From the NCBI RefSeq assembly GCF_009914755.1, contig NC_060928.1: a DNA stretch of 64,000 nucleotides; one strand, given 5' to 3'. Every line of letters starts with the position of its first letter. Within the stretch, counting starts at the first letter, position 1. This stretch comes from the human T2T-CHM13v2.0 reference genome, Homo sapiens. Both the position numbers and the translations under genes were made by a program. This document shows, one piece after another, positions 41,606-55,210 of this stretch. Below the pieces are notes generated by a model. The model made no database searches, had not been told where the DNA came from, and was given only the letters and a program-made list of their open reading frames with translations.

Positions 41606-44575
41606 TTTACCTACTTTAAAGCCATTAGATTCCAGATAAGGCCTGGGGACATGTGGACTTAGCCACGTCCCCTAGCTATGCTGGAGCATCAGTTTCTTAT
41701 CTGCAGTTCTGCCTGGTGTGTCCTAGGCTAGACACCACACCTAGTACACAATTAAAATTTCTTACTAACCAGGGTTTTCACCAAAAGTAAAAGTTGCTAA
41801 AAGTTAACATTGTAACATGTAATTGAGACTATCGAAGAAACAGTTTTACATGCAAGGTGTGTAAGGAAAGTAAAATGTACTTTTGGTAAATATTATAAGA
41901 AGGCATGAGAATGTGGATTTTTTGCCCAAAAGGTTAAAGAATTGTTTTAAGTTAGAATAAAGCTAACGGTTTGAACAGTTGTGGAAGGTTTGAAAAAATT
42001 AATTGTGAGAGATTCTGTGTGCAAACATATTGGCTAAAGTTAAAGGGGTATTATTCAGTTTTTCTAAAAATTAAACATTGGAATAAAAGCACCACAGGTT
42101 TTTCTTAGAGCACTAATCTGCTCTTTCACAAAAATAAAGGGTTATAAAAGTTTTATAAGAATCTTATCTTACAGTTAAACATTAAAATTGGGTAAATATG
42201 TCCATACGATTTTATTAAAACGGGTTTCAAATTAATAGTACATTAATGTAAAGGTAAAATTTGGCTTATTTGGTATAAAAATCATACAGGAAGCATTATC
42301 AAATGTGAAATAGTGCTTTGCTTTCTTTGGACTATAGTTACATAAATGTGTTATTGGTATATGTTCCAAAGCTATGGGAAACTCCTATAATTCTAATATG
42401 GTTTAATGTGTTAATTGTTATGTAAAATTTTGTGTGCCACAGAAGTAACCAAATTTCCTTATCAATTGTGGCTTTAATAGTGGCTGTCCTAAAACTTCCA
42501 GAATCGTTCACAGACAATTGTTGTTTTAATCTCTTTAGAAGGTGGTTTATAATCAACTATAGAACTCTAGCAGGTGTTCTTAAATGCAGGTTTTCTGATA
42601 ACTTTGTAGATTGTGACATCAGAATAAAGGAAAAAGCTTTCAGAACCCTCACAAGGAGCTGAAATGTTCATAACTATCAAATAGAAGTCAACTACATGGA
42701 CTAAACTGAAGAAGTGTAATCTTTTTAACTTTGCTTAAAATGCTGCTGATCCTTTGTTTTGCTTTTCAGAGTTAAGAATACTTTTCTTTTGAGTTATTTA
42801 CAGCTTTCAGCAATTGAGTAAAATACCCTCCTGTGAACAAAATTTGGAGCATTATTTGTTTCTCTCTCTATGATTTCTCCAAAATTTGGAAACTGTGAGT
42901 ATTCTTAATTTATGGCTATATAGTTATTTGCATAAGTGCAATAACAATCTGTTTTCTTTTGTAACCGGACACAATTGGAGAAATTGGTTTTTACCAAGGC
43001 TTCGACTGGAATGGTGTGTTTTCCTTTAAGGAATCAAACCTGACTTGTAGAGCCAATAAAAGCCCTCTGGGGAACTGGCCTCATACCTCGCCTATATAGT
43101 CCCTGTATAGGGTTTCTGAACTATGGTAAAGAATGTCACTTTCTTACAGGCCTAGGAGCCCAAAGTTATCTTGGGACCTCAAAAAGAAAGGAATTTACCC
43201 AACTTATAGGTATTTGAGGATACAAACTCATGGAGGGGCTCGGCTTTAAAAAAGTCTTATCTGAGATTCCTTATGAAACAGAGTTCCTTTAAAGCCAATT
43301 AAAAAGTCTATGTGAAAAATAATTATTCTTGCTGCACTTTATACAAATAATCAGGCCAATTATAATAAAGTAAATCAGTCTTACCATCAATTGTCTTTAG
43401 TAAAAATAGGAAACTGGAGAGAGAAATAGTATGTTTCAAGAACTATGGTAAACTTGTTATTAAATTCTAGTCTCATCTGTTGTTTTAAGTTTGTTTCTGC
43501 AATTTAGGCTAATCCTGCTTATTCCTGTGAACCAACCAGTGATCTCTGACTGCTGCTCAGAAGAAACAAGAAGGATGGGTAATATAAAAATCTGGATTAG
43601 TATTCTAATGCTGGGCACATTACAATCAGCTAACAACCCCATACCAGCTTAGTTCCAACAGTTGCCCAGTTCATAAAAAGCCTTCTAATTTAGTTTACTT
43701 GGAATAACTTTATTTTGCTTTACTTTTATGGAATATATTGCTGTTCTACTCTTCGTGCAGGAATACAGGACAAGCTTACTGAATGTTTTAAATTGAACAC
43801 TTATTAATCTTCCAGATAACACCTCTTGTCGAAACTCGAGTCGTAAACGGCCCTCGCCATACTGATGCTTTCTGATTGAGCTTCTGTCTACCCTGAACAC
43901 AAGAGACCCTAATAGTTAGGCAGGAATATCATCATTCCTATTCAGCCTGAAGAAGTTACAGAAGATGAATCTTTGTCCATCTGCAACCCTTAGGATTAAG
44001 GGTTCTGTTATAAAAGGGAGGGTGGAAATGTCAGAGGCATGTAAACCAGAGCAACTCCAACTTAAATAGGAGATGGGTGAAATGAGGCTGAAACCTACTG
44101 GGCTGCATTCCCAGACAGTTAAGGTATTCTAAGTCACAGGATGAGATAGGAGTTCAGCACAAAATACAGGTCAAAAAGACCTTGCTGATAAACAGTTTGC
44201 AGTAAAGGAGCCAGCCAAAACCCACTAAAACCAAAATGGCCAAAAGAGTGACCTCTGGTTGTCCTCACTGCTACACTCCCACCAGCACCGTAACAAGTTT
44301 ACAAATGCCATGGCAACGTCAGGAAGTTACCCTATATAGTCTAAAAAGGGGAAGCATGAATAATCCACCCCTTGTTTAGCATACCATCAAAAAACAACCA
44401 TAAAAATGGGCACCAGCAGCCCTCGGGGCTGCTCTATGGAGTAGCCAATTCCTTTATTTACTTTCTTAATAAAGTTGCTTTCACTTTGCACTGTGGACTT
44501 GCCCTGAATTCTTTCTTGCACGAGATCCAAGAACCCTCTCTTGGGGTCTGGATCAGGACCGCTTTCGGGTAACAC

Positions 44576-45199
44576 TGTGAACTCAAAACATCTGAGACAA
44601 GTCTCAGTCAATTTAGAAAGTTTATTTTGCCAAGGTTAAGGACATGCCCATAACACAGCCTCAGGAGGTCCTGATGACATGTGCTCAAGGTGGTAGGGGT
44701 ACAGCTTGGATTTTTACATTTTAGGGAGATATGAGACATCAATCAGTATGTGTAACATGTACACTGGTTTGGTCTGAAAAGGTGGTACAACTCGGTCTGG
44801 AAAGCCAGGAGGGGGCTTCCAGATCATAGGTAGATAAGAGACAAACTATTGCATTCTTTTGAATTTCTGATTACCTTTTCATCGAATACACAATTTATAG
44901 TCACTTATGCCTTAGTCTGGCTTAGTGAAACAACAGGGCAAAGGAAGCAATCAGATACGCATTTGTCTCACATGAGCAGAGGGATGACTTTGAGTTCTGT
45001 TTGTCCTTTGTCCACAAGGAACTTCCTGGTGGGCACATTGTGAGGAAGTATGTAGCTTTTTTTTTTTTTTTTTTATCTTCATAGCTATCTTATTTTAGGA
45101 ATAGAATGGGAGTCAGGTTTGCCCAGTGCAGTTCCCATTGGCTTGACCTTTTCCTTTGGCTTAGTGATTTGGGGGTCCTGAGATCAATTTCCATTCACA
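44576..45199 (-). mobile_element. MER4A-like solo LTR
   Basis: Minus strand TGTGAATGGAAATTGATCTCAGGACCCCCAAATCACTAAGCC...TTCACA; TSD GTAC at 35374-35377 and 45200-45203. Confidence 0.85.
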
Positions 45200-46170
45200 G
45201 TACTCATGACCAAATCCAGCTTTGCAAGCAACCATGTCTTGCAAATATAGGTCCTGATTAGAACATCAAAATTTATCCATAAAAGCAAACCTTCATCAGT
45301 ATTATATGCCAAAACAGGGTGAACACAATGATTACAAAATTGAAGATGTGATTAGCTGGATTCTTTGGAATGCATCTGAAGAGTCTTCTGAAAACATTTT
45401 GAACTTTTTGAAAATACCTGATAAAGGTCTTCTTAAACCAGATGGCAGCAGTAAATAATGGATTACATATACATACACACACACAGTCTCTTTTCTCCTA
45501 CCATTTTGTAAATATGATGCAATTAGGTTAATATGTGTTTTAAGCAGCATCAAACAAGTTTGTTGAACAGAAGACTAGTGAGATTTGGGCCAGGAAGTAA
45601 TTCTAAGCATTGAACTTTATCAGAGAACGTAGTGGTCCACCTCCATCAATGACTCTATAAATGTAAGCTTCTTAATACTATGGTCCTGTAAATTCACATT
45701 CAGTATCTACTTCTAAGCCTCTGGCATCCCCAGTGAAAGGAGGCTGAAGAAAAAGCTTTATCCAAAGGCTGCCTGGGGCCTCACATAATACAAAGCTGGG
45801 TCGGGTCTACAAAAAAGGTGGAAAGACCACGTTTATCAGCCAACAACAACTAAGTTAACACACACTGTACATGTTCATCAATCAGTATCCCCCGTAGCCC
45901 AGTTATGACCACTGCTTAGGAGCTTCTCATGGCCAATAAAAGACATGGCTGTGAAATGATCTGAGTAGGTCAGAAGGATTCAAGAGAGTTCATACCAAAA
46001 CTAAACAAACAAACAAAAAGCAGAATTTCATTGGTTACAATCTCACCTTTGTCTAAGACCTAGCAACATGCAGTCACATTTTTAGCACTGGCAGATTACA
46101 AACAATGAAAAATTTCTCCTTCAGGAGAAATTGCCTTGTTTATACAAATAAATCTATTGATTTTATTTTG

Positions 46171-46320
46171 AATTTATTATTGCTTATATTTCAATATAAT
46201 ATATTGAATAATATATTATATATTATTCAATAATATATTATATATTCAATATATTCAATAATATATTATATATATAATAAATATAATTTATTATTGCTTA
46301 TATTTCAATATAAGCAATAA
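46171..46320. repeat. AT-rich palindromic low-complexity tract bracketed by a 29-bp direct repeat
   Basis: AATTTATTATTGCTTATATTTCAATATAA at 46171-46199 and 46285-46313. Confidence 0.9.
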
Positions 46321-47017
46321 TCCATGGACAGCATTAATACAAGTGTTAAGAAAAATATAACAAAATTAGCAAAAGTGACAGAATGACTCAAATTTGGAAA
46401 ACATCATTAAGTGATTATGAACAATCAAATCACCTCTCAGATAAAAGCACTGGAGTCAATATTAAAATAACTAAATGATTACTGGAATCCAAAAAGAAAA
46501 ACAGAATTAAGATTTGTTTTAAATTTTGGATTGCTGTTGTATGCCTCACTTACCTTGATGATTTAGTTTAATTCCTGCATCAGATGTTTTCAGTTAATGT
46601 TTTTACTTCCTAATTTTGTATGTTCTCAACCAACTTCAGTTTGGGCATTCTGAACTCAATACTTGAAACATGTAAGTCTGTTCTAACATTGTTGCTTCTC
46701 TATAATGAGACCTATGTATAGATTCCAATCAGCAACTAAACCTAAGTTGCCATCTGTATATATTACTAATATAAATATATTGAACATACATATAGTTACA
46801 TTGTTACATTTATCCAAAATATCCTGAGATTTAAAAATCAGTTGCCACCTATTAATGACCTGAAATATTAATATACATGTACGTTAGTATATAAATCTAG
46901 TCACAAAAATAGTCATACACAAATCTAATTTCTAACTGTTACCTAAAAAGCAGGTTAGTATATAACATTATATATGTAATCTGTAGATATAATGTTTACA
47001 TTAAGAAAACAACTTTT

Positions 47018-47326
47018 GGCTGGGCTCAGTGGCTCGTATCTATAATCTCAACAGTTTGGGAAGCAAGGGTTGGAGGATCACTTGAGGCCAGGAGTTTGAG
47101 ACCAGTCAGGGCAACACAGTGAGACCCATCTCTACAAAAATAAAAAGAAAAACAGCCGGGCTACTGGCTTGTTCTTGTAGTTCCAGCTACTCAGGAGGCT
47201 GAGGTGGGAGGATGGCTTGACCCCAAGAGCTCGAGGTTACAGTGAACTATGATCCCCACTGCACTTCAGCCTGGGCAACAGAGTGAGACCTCAACTCTAA
47301 AAACAAAACAAAACAAAACAAAAAAA
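47018..47326 (+). mobile_element. AluJ
   Basis: Diverged dimeric Alu with (CAAAA)n tail. Confidence 0.9.
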
Positions 47327-49237
47327 CTGTCATGAAATAAAAGAATCATAACTGTTTCCTTAAGCAGAATATAACCAACTATACCTTATTATGAAACTAA
47401 AACTCAAAACAACTAAGATAAGAATAAAGTCTGATACAATTTTATAGATAATAAACACCGTAAAAGCAATGAAATGTGTTGCCAAGCACGGCGGCCTCAG
47501 CATTGGCAAACATGGTTCTAGCCGTGGGCATGGTATAACCTGCCAGCATGTCCAGCAAGCCAGAAATTCTTTGGATCTTAGTTGTCAAATTTTTTAAATT
47601 AGGAAAATGATCATGCTGATCTCTAAGAAAACTGAAACATCTGTTAGCAGTTTACAATTCTATGAAAAATAGAGAATCTCAGCTATAAATCATAAACGAC
47701 AAAGGTGGGAGGAATACAATATATTACTCACTTCCTATATACAAATATCAAAACTCTAATTGAAATACTAAGGATGAGTAAGTGATCGCTCATCACTCTC
47801 CACGCTATGAGTAACAAAATCCCCTTGAACATTTTTAGCAGAATCTCCATCTTCTTCCAAGTGTTTGATTTCTTTTCCAGTCCTTCCCCACCGCCAGCAC
47901 CTGTTCTGTTACCTAAAATAAGGCATGTTTAAATGAATAAATGCTTGCTGAATGGGCAACATCTTCCAGGAAGGAAAATTCCTCACTTCCTATGCAGAGG
48001 CAGGAAAAAGAAGAACAAGAAAGTTATCTCCCTAGGTACAGCTGACCAGCAGGTCAAACAGGTTAAACACCGAGCAAACAAAAAAATAGTGATAAATAAG
48101 AATTATTCACTCCATTTCTTATTAGCTTATCTTTGTCATTTCCAAACACCATCTTGTACATAATATATCAATTTACCAGGAGACCATAAACCAGGAAATA
48201 TAGCCAAATCTATCCACTGGCTGCTTTATTTCCCCCACCATAAAATAACATCTCTAAAACTCAAACCTAAAAGGCTTAAGTAGAACTATCGGTTTTATTA
48301 TTGTCAAGCAAAATAACATTTCTAATGCAGTAACCCAGTGAAAAGTGAACATTTACACTAGAATGGGTAATCTCAGGATGGCTCAGAGAATTGTTCTCTG
48401 TACATAAGCAGTTAATCTCTCAGAATTTGAAGTTTATTAAGCTAAACGGCTTGATTCTTTTTTGCATTTCTCGAATATGTACTTTTGAATCCAATCTGAT
48501 TCAAACCTTTAGACTTCCGCTGAAAAGAGATCAAAGTTGTGTCAATTTTGCAGACATTGTCTTGCATACGAGAGAACTGAGAACCACAGTGAGACTCAGG
48601 ACAGGAGATGGGTTAGACTGCAGTGTAGCAAAGACCAGTGAGCGAGAACTTTTGCAGTAGAGCTGTTTTTAGAATTCCGGAATGGGATTTAATCAGTACT
48701 TCAGCATGAATCTAAGGAACTTTATCTGTTTAAGTACAAAATAAAAGTCAACATAAGAGCCAATATTGAAGAATGTGAACCTTAAGTGGTAGCTCTTCAT
48801 TTGCATTCAAGAATAACTTTCGTGCAGCAATCACCCCCACCTGGCCACACCAAAAAGAGTAAGAAACTTAAGACCGAATATAAAGCAATGAAAAGGCCAC
48901 GACCATGTTGAAAATAGTATTAATAGGATCCAAGGAATAACGCAAAAGTAAGGCAACGTAGGAAGTTTTTTAGGCATTTCCATTTTCAAAAAACATCCTG
49001 AGAGATCCTTTTAAAACCTGGTAATATTTAAAACTAGACTTATAAAATACAGCAACCCAAAAATCACTTTGATTTATGTGCCAAAATCAATACACTTAAC
49101 CATGCAATATATATATATAACTGACTTATGTGTAACTCTAATTAAAATACCCCAAACCACTAATTTCATTAAAATAGAACTAAATGCTTATATTGTAAAA
49201 TATAAAAATAACAGATCGACACAATAACAAACACCTA

Positions 49238-49243
49238 TTTATT
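49238..49243 (-). terminator. ADGRA3: ADGRA3 polyadenylation signal AATAAA
   Basis: TTTATT on plus strand ~300 nt past the stop, with upstream TGTA and downstream GT/T-rich sequence on the minus strand; a more proximal AATAAA lies at 49428-49433. Confidence 0.75.
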
Positions 49244-49546
49244 ATATTAAATACAAGCCTGAAATATTAAGTACAAATTACAGATTCCAAGAAATTACAT
49301 TTCACATCCCAAAATGTCCTGTTGGTGCTTTGACAACTAAAACAATGTTTTAGAAAGATTTTGTTTCAGATCCTAAAAAATAGCAACAATTTGGGGATAA
49401 AAATAAGTAAAATCCAAAACTTCAAAGTTTATTCCAAATTCTTTTGAATCCCTATGGTGGCTGTAAACAGTTTTTAAATGCTCATAGCTTCAAGGAATGT
49501 GAGTATCACAGTTTATATGAATTTCTGCCTAGGAAGCCCAGCAATG

Positions 49547-50789
49547 TTACACAGTAGTTTCGTGTTTCCATAATCCAGTCCTAACATTGCCAGTGCTATC
49601 GGTACCGAGCAAGGGTCCCTCCTGCCCATTGCTTTTAATTGGTCCATTCTGAATGGCCAAGTTGAGGCCATAAGATTTTTGCTGATTTTCAAGTTCAACC
49701 ACAGCTGGCTTCCTTAACGCATCTTTTTTACTAGTGGTTGAAACTGGCTTTTCAAAATTTCTGCTACTTTTGGGAAGTGTGCTACAAGCATCGCTGCTGT
49801 CTTGCTGGGGTGGGTTGTACTGTCTCTCTCTGTAGGCTAAATAAGCTCTTCGGCTCCTCGAGTGTCCTTCGTTATTGCCCAGCCGGCTTTTAGGTAAGCC
49901 GTTCTGCACGCTTCCTTCCACGCTCGTTGGGACATCGTAGGCATATTCTCTCAGGACTGTGAGTCGGCTTGCCCGGTGTCCTTTACTTCTGTTTTTATGG
50001 TGGCGGCTTGAGTGCACATTTGTTCGAAACTGAACTTCTAAAGGCGCCACGTGCATTTTAATATCATTGTCCATTGAATGTTCTGTCAGACTATTATCAA
50101 GCTGAGGGGTGGAGTTCAAAGGTAAAGAATTGGCATGGCACTGAGCTGCAGCCGCCTGCAAGTTTGTTAATTTGCAGCCCTGGGAGGAATTTTTGAAGCT
50201 TGAAGCACTTTTGTTTGTGCATGAAGACTCCGCACTGCTATTGGGGCATTTGGGTGCCTCTCCATTCGTCCCATTAGAGTTGGGGGGCTGGACGTTGACT
50301 TGCACTGAATACGAGCTCCGTCCTGGGCAGCAAGTCATGATCCACGCAAGTCTAACATCCTCCCTATTAACACAATGGTGGACCACGAAGAACGCACTGA
50401 AGCTTAAACTTGTGGCTCCAAAAACGAAGCTAAAAACCAAGTCCAAAGGGTAATACAAAGAAACAGCCAAAGCCCCAAACATCCACAGTGCAACATATAA
50501 GAGCAAAGTAAGGCTGGCCCCCAAGAGCTGAGAATGAAAAGTGTGCTCATTTTCCAAGGCTGATGTAGAAATCAGAGACAAAGACATTGAATCCTGATGA
50601 TTTATTTCGCCATTTTCATTGGCTGCCAATCTCTGTTGCTCCTCCGTGGGCTCCTTAAGCTCATATTTGCGCTCAGGGTGTCTTTTCAACTGAATAAATA
50701 TGCTCAGAAAGTACATGCAGTTTACAAAAGTGATGAAGCTGGCTGGCCCATAGAAGGCTCCCAAGGAGGGTTCCCATGCCATCCAGCAA
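49547..50789 (-). CDS. ADGRA3: ADGRA3/GPR125 last coding exon: ECL2-TM5-TM7 and long C-tail ending in ETTV
   Basis: CWMAWEPSLGAFYGPASFI...HHCVNREDV...GLWKHETTV*; acceptor TTTTCTTTTCCAG at 50790-50802; phase 2 joins TA|T (Tyr). Confidence 0.97.
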
Positions 50790-50929
50790 CTGGAAAAGAA
50801 AATGGTAAACCAGATCGATGCTACATGTTTCAACAAATTATCTACGAAATTGCAATCACCTGTAATGCCTAGAAAATACTTAAAAGAGAAACAACTGGGT
50901 CAAGTACACAGAGAATATAAAATACTCAC

Positions 50930-51025
50930 TAGGGTGCGTTTGGCCGACTGCCGTAATTCTTAATGTTCGCTGCTGCAGTTATGCCGCAAACAATGATGGG
51001 GATACCACCACCAATCAGGTAAAAT
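50930..51025 (-). CDS. ADGRA3: ADGRA3 penultimate exon (TM4): [31 protein letters not shown]
   Basis: 96 nt, TAG acceptor and GTGAGT donor, phases 2/2 match its neighbours. Confidence 0.96.
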
Positions 51026-51271
51026 CTAGAAGGAGGAATCACAGGAAAAACCACTCATCATTCCATTTCTTAACATGTATCTCTCATAATGTCTCAGTAC
51101 TTCAAAAGTCATTCCCTGAAGATTAATTATTATCTTTATTCCAATAATAAGCTGAGAGTTAAGTTGGGAGGCTGATTTATTAGCAGTAATGTGTTTTTAT
51201 TTTGTTTTTTAGATTTCTTGTTTTAAAGCACAAGGTCTAGTAAGTTTCTGAGTAGAGGAAAGCTGATCGGC

Positions 51272-51290
51272 TTCTGCCACCTTGTGGACA
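51272..51290 (-). promoter_or_regulatory. Candidate CTCF site
   Basis: TGTCCACAAGGTGGCAGAA resembles the CTCF core CCASYAGRKGGCRS. Confidence 0.5.
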
Positions 51291-52162
51291 GGCAAAGTAA
51301 CACTCTGAGCCTGCTGGTAGGATTTCAGCTTACTTACTCTTACTTTTTTTTTTTTTTGTAGCAGGAACTGGCTTCTTTTAGATTCAGCCGGTGAACTGAA
51401 AAGTGCCTTAGTTCACACAAGAAATGTAATGACATATTAATTACTGACTAATGTTCAGCTCAACCTGCATGTCCCAGGACTGCCCACTGCTGTGTATCTC
51501 ATCGCCAGTCCACTGAGATTAAGGTAAGGAAGGTATCTGGATCCCAGCAGCTTCACAGAGTGCAGAGGCCCTACCTGACCCCTTTTCCAAAGAGAGGTGG
51601 GGACAGCAAGGGAAATGATGGTGCAATAAAAACTGATTGAAACAGAGCAGTGACTGGTCCTACAAAGAAAAACTCTGTGCTCATCTCTGAGCTCCTTGAT
51701 CTCTCTGAAAATAAATTTCCATTCTGGGTAAGTCAGAATCTTAATTTTGCGTTTGCTCCTTCCTGAGACATGGCCCCAAATCTTGCACTGGGTGGATAAA
51801 GGCAATATCTCTGATACATTTGTCCATATATTGTTTCTTCCTTGTACCTAGTTACTAAAATCCTTTAACATGATGTTAGTACTGCTGAAAACTAATTACC
51901 CTATAAAACTATAATTCTGCCTTCTATTCCACAGATTAGAGAGATGCCAATAATACGTGACCTTCCCCTTCTTCCTGCTGTACTAATTCACATCTGCTTC
52001 TTACCTGAAAAGAAAGTATTATTTCCAAAATTAATCTTGGGTCCTATCACCCTCTCTGTCTTCTTTCAACGCCCCCTACCCCCGTTCTTGTTATCAAATA
52101 ACCCTATTTTGCATCTTTAAAATCTTCTCTATTGCTTATTTCTAGCATGCTTCTCTACTGCT

Positions 52163-52263
52163 TATATATATATATATAAAATACATATTATATATATATA
52201 ATACGTATTATATATATATAATACGTATTATATATATATATAAAATACGTATTATATATATAT
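52163..52263. repeat. (TA)n tandem array with palindromic ATAATACGTATTAT units
   Basis: Seen directly. Confidence 0.9.
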
Positions 52264-52899
52264 TCAAGTTTCCCCATCTTCTAAAACTTTCCTTGAACTA
52301 CCACTTCTTTTCTCTCTTCCTTCTGCCAACGCTGGTACCACCACTTTCTCGCCTTTATCACCTTATTGTCAGCTGTACCCACTCACCACCATGATGCTAA
52401 AAATGTCCTCTCTGGGGTCAGAAGAATCTCACTGGCAAATCTCGTGTCCCACCCTCCAGGTAGGCAGCAGTGTTGCTCAGGCTTCCATAAGCTCAAGGAT
52501 ATGGGGGAAGCAGGGCTAGAGGGCGGAGCTTGAGCTGTCTAATGCAAAGAGGATACTTGTGTGTCATTTGGGGACTGCAGAGAGTTTGAAGCACCAGCTG
52601 CCTTTTCCTTAACTCTTTATCTTTCTTCTCAGAACCTTATAGGAATGAACAGCTGCTTAAGGTTAAGATTCCCAAGTTTCTAAGCCAAACACCATCATCT
52701 CTCATTTCTCTTAATAGAAGTGAGGGAGGTGTCAAATCTCATCCTACAACATAACTCTGGGGCCACGGAGCACCCCTGCTGCTCCTTGTCAAACACAGAA
52801 CCACTCTCCCACAAATCATCCATGTTCTCGGGTGTTCTCTTTCTGCAGCCAAAAATCCAGTGACTTTTTCCACGGCCCATCTATTAAACATTAATAAGG

Positions 52900-53885
52900 T
52901 CCAAGTATCGTTCTTTTCTTAACTAACTTCTCCCTGGGAGTTCCTATTCATTATCATGGCTTCAGTGACCACATAAGGAAATGTCTCCTGCTCCTCCTAG
53001 ACAATCTCTAGCTTGTCCTCTCTGCTGAGCCCTGGACTTCTAAAAAATGTAAACATTCCACAAGAAAGTACTGAGGAGCCTGCCACCCCATTTCCCCTCT
53101 CCATGTCTCCCCCGCCCACCTGCCATTTCTGCTTTTCCTATCTTATTTCTCAGTTGATGGAAACACCCTCCGTCAAGGCACGCTAGCTAGCTAGAATAGA
53201 CAACTTGCAGCCATCTTCAAATTTCTCTCCCTCACACAACTCTCTTAAATCCAGCTGGACATCAATCCTAGAGAAACTGCCTCAAGCCTCTCAAACTTGT
53301 GTCCTCTTCTGTGTTCTCCCTGACACTGTTCTGGTCTTCATGGGGGCTGCCCTAATAACCTCAGCAGAATTCCTTGTTCTTAGGAATTCTGATTTATACT
53401 CCATACTAGAGCCATAGCTATCCTTCTAAAATGACACCATGTCAGGCCACTCCCTTAGTTAAAAATCTTCAGTGGCTGCCCACATTTTAAATAGGACACA
53501 CAAAGGCCTCAAAGCCAACTTTCATCCTGAATTCCTGCTACTTGACACCAAACATCTGAGGCTCCAGCCAAACTGCATTCCTCAAGGTTTCCTCAGCTCA
53601 CTCTTCACTTCTACACTTTGTCATGATCACAGTAAAGTTCACGCCAGTGGTCCAGCATTTCCTAACAACCCCCCGCCCCCAAAATTAATGGCTTCTTTCT
53701 TTACATTTTCAAAGAACCTATCTCCACTATGCTTCTCACACAGCGCAGTCAGTGCTCATGCCTTTCTCCTCCTGCAGACTATAAACTCCCAAAGGGCAAG
53801 GGAGTCTTCTGTAAATCCCTGGCCCAGGGCCAGTGACATATCAGGCATTCAACAAGCTTGGTCATCACTGATAGATTTTATTCAT
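52900..53885. mobile_element. Decayed L2 fragments
   Basis: TTAAAAATCTTCAGTGGCTGCCCA, CAGGCATTCAACAA...; boundaries and orientation approximate. Confidence 0.6.
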
Positions 53886-54340
53886 CCAGCATGATAATCC
53901 ATTTACCACTTTTCATATTATAATGGATAGGAAAAACACACAAGTCTTCTTGTCCTTTGCATAGAATAATTAAACTGATACATACTTGAGTATGACATAA
54001 GACCTCAAGGAAATAAAAACAGCTGACAGTTTCATAGAGCCGATTATATGGCCAATCCCCTCTTAAGTGCTTTGCCCATTTACTCATTTATTCCTCACAA
54101 CTCGAGGATGGGAGAATCAGCCCCACTTTTGAGATGATCTTGGAAGGCTCAGAGAGGGTACAGAAGTTGTCTGAGGACTCGCAGCGGGAAGGATGCCTGA
54201 GCCATTTTCAAAACCAGGCAGTCCTGCATACAAGTCCGTTCTTTTACTTCCCAAAATTCACTCAGCAATTTTGTTATAATTTATGATTATGCTTCAATGA
54301 AAGCAAACAAAACAATTAATACAACAAAGATATGAGATAC

Positions 54341-54486
54341 CTGAGCATTGGTCTTGGTGGAGGTGGTGGTTCATCAGGATCCTGGCATCTTTTAGCTTTT
54401 TTAGTGACTTGTTTGTAGATATTTCGAGCTGTCACTCCTACCCATAGTACTGTGGCAAGGGTGGAATAGTGAAGAATTATCCCAAC
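54341..54486 (-). CDS. ADGRA3: ADGRA3 exon (TM3-ICL2): [48 protein letters not shown]
   Basis: 146 nt, TAG acceptor and GTATCT donor, phase 0/2; LHY motif typical of adhesion GPCR TM3. Confidence 0.96.
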
Positions 54487-54772
54487 CTACAAGGAAGATC
54501 AAAGAATAAATAAAAGAAAAAAAATGTTCCTACTAAGGCTTACCTCAAAATTGGTAAGTAACTCAGAAGTCTGATTTGAAAGCAGCAGGAAGGCCTATCC
54601 TAATAATCAACTCTGTTGCCTGCTAAGGCAACACTGTGTTCTAATAGACATGTGACAGGGAATCACAATCCTCAAATACACAAACCAACAATTGGCTCTA
54701 GGAAGCCCACAAACTACCATTTATACCAAAGACGACCCTTAATACAGGACAGAACTGGCTCCCAGACATTAA

Positions 54773-55210
<438 letters not shown>

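Noticed and set aside
50790-50836. N-terminal extension MLKHVASIWFTIFFSS of the 429-aa ORF
   Set aside because: Starts at TTG inside the 140-nt intron and is the polypyrimidine tract; the real exon starts at 50789.
50172-50872. Plus-strand ORFs overlapping the last ADGRA3 exon
   Set aside because: Antisense shadow of the coding exon; no independent support.
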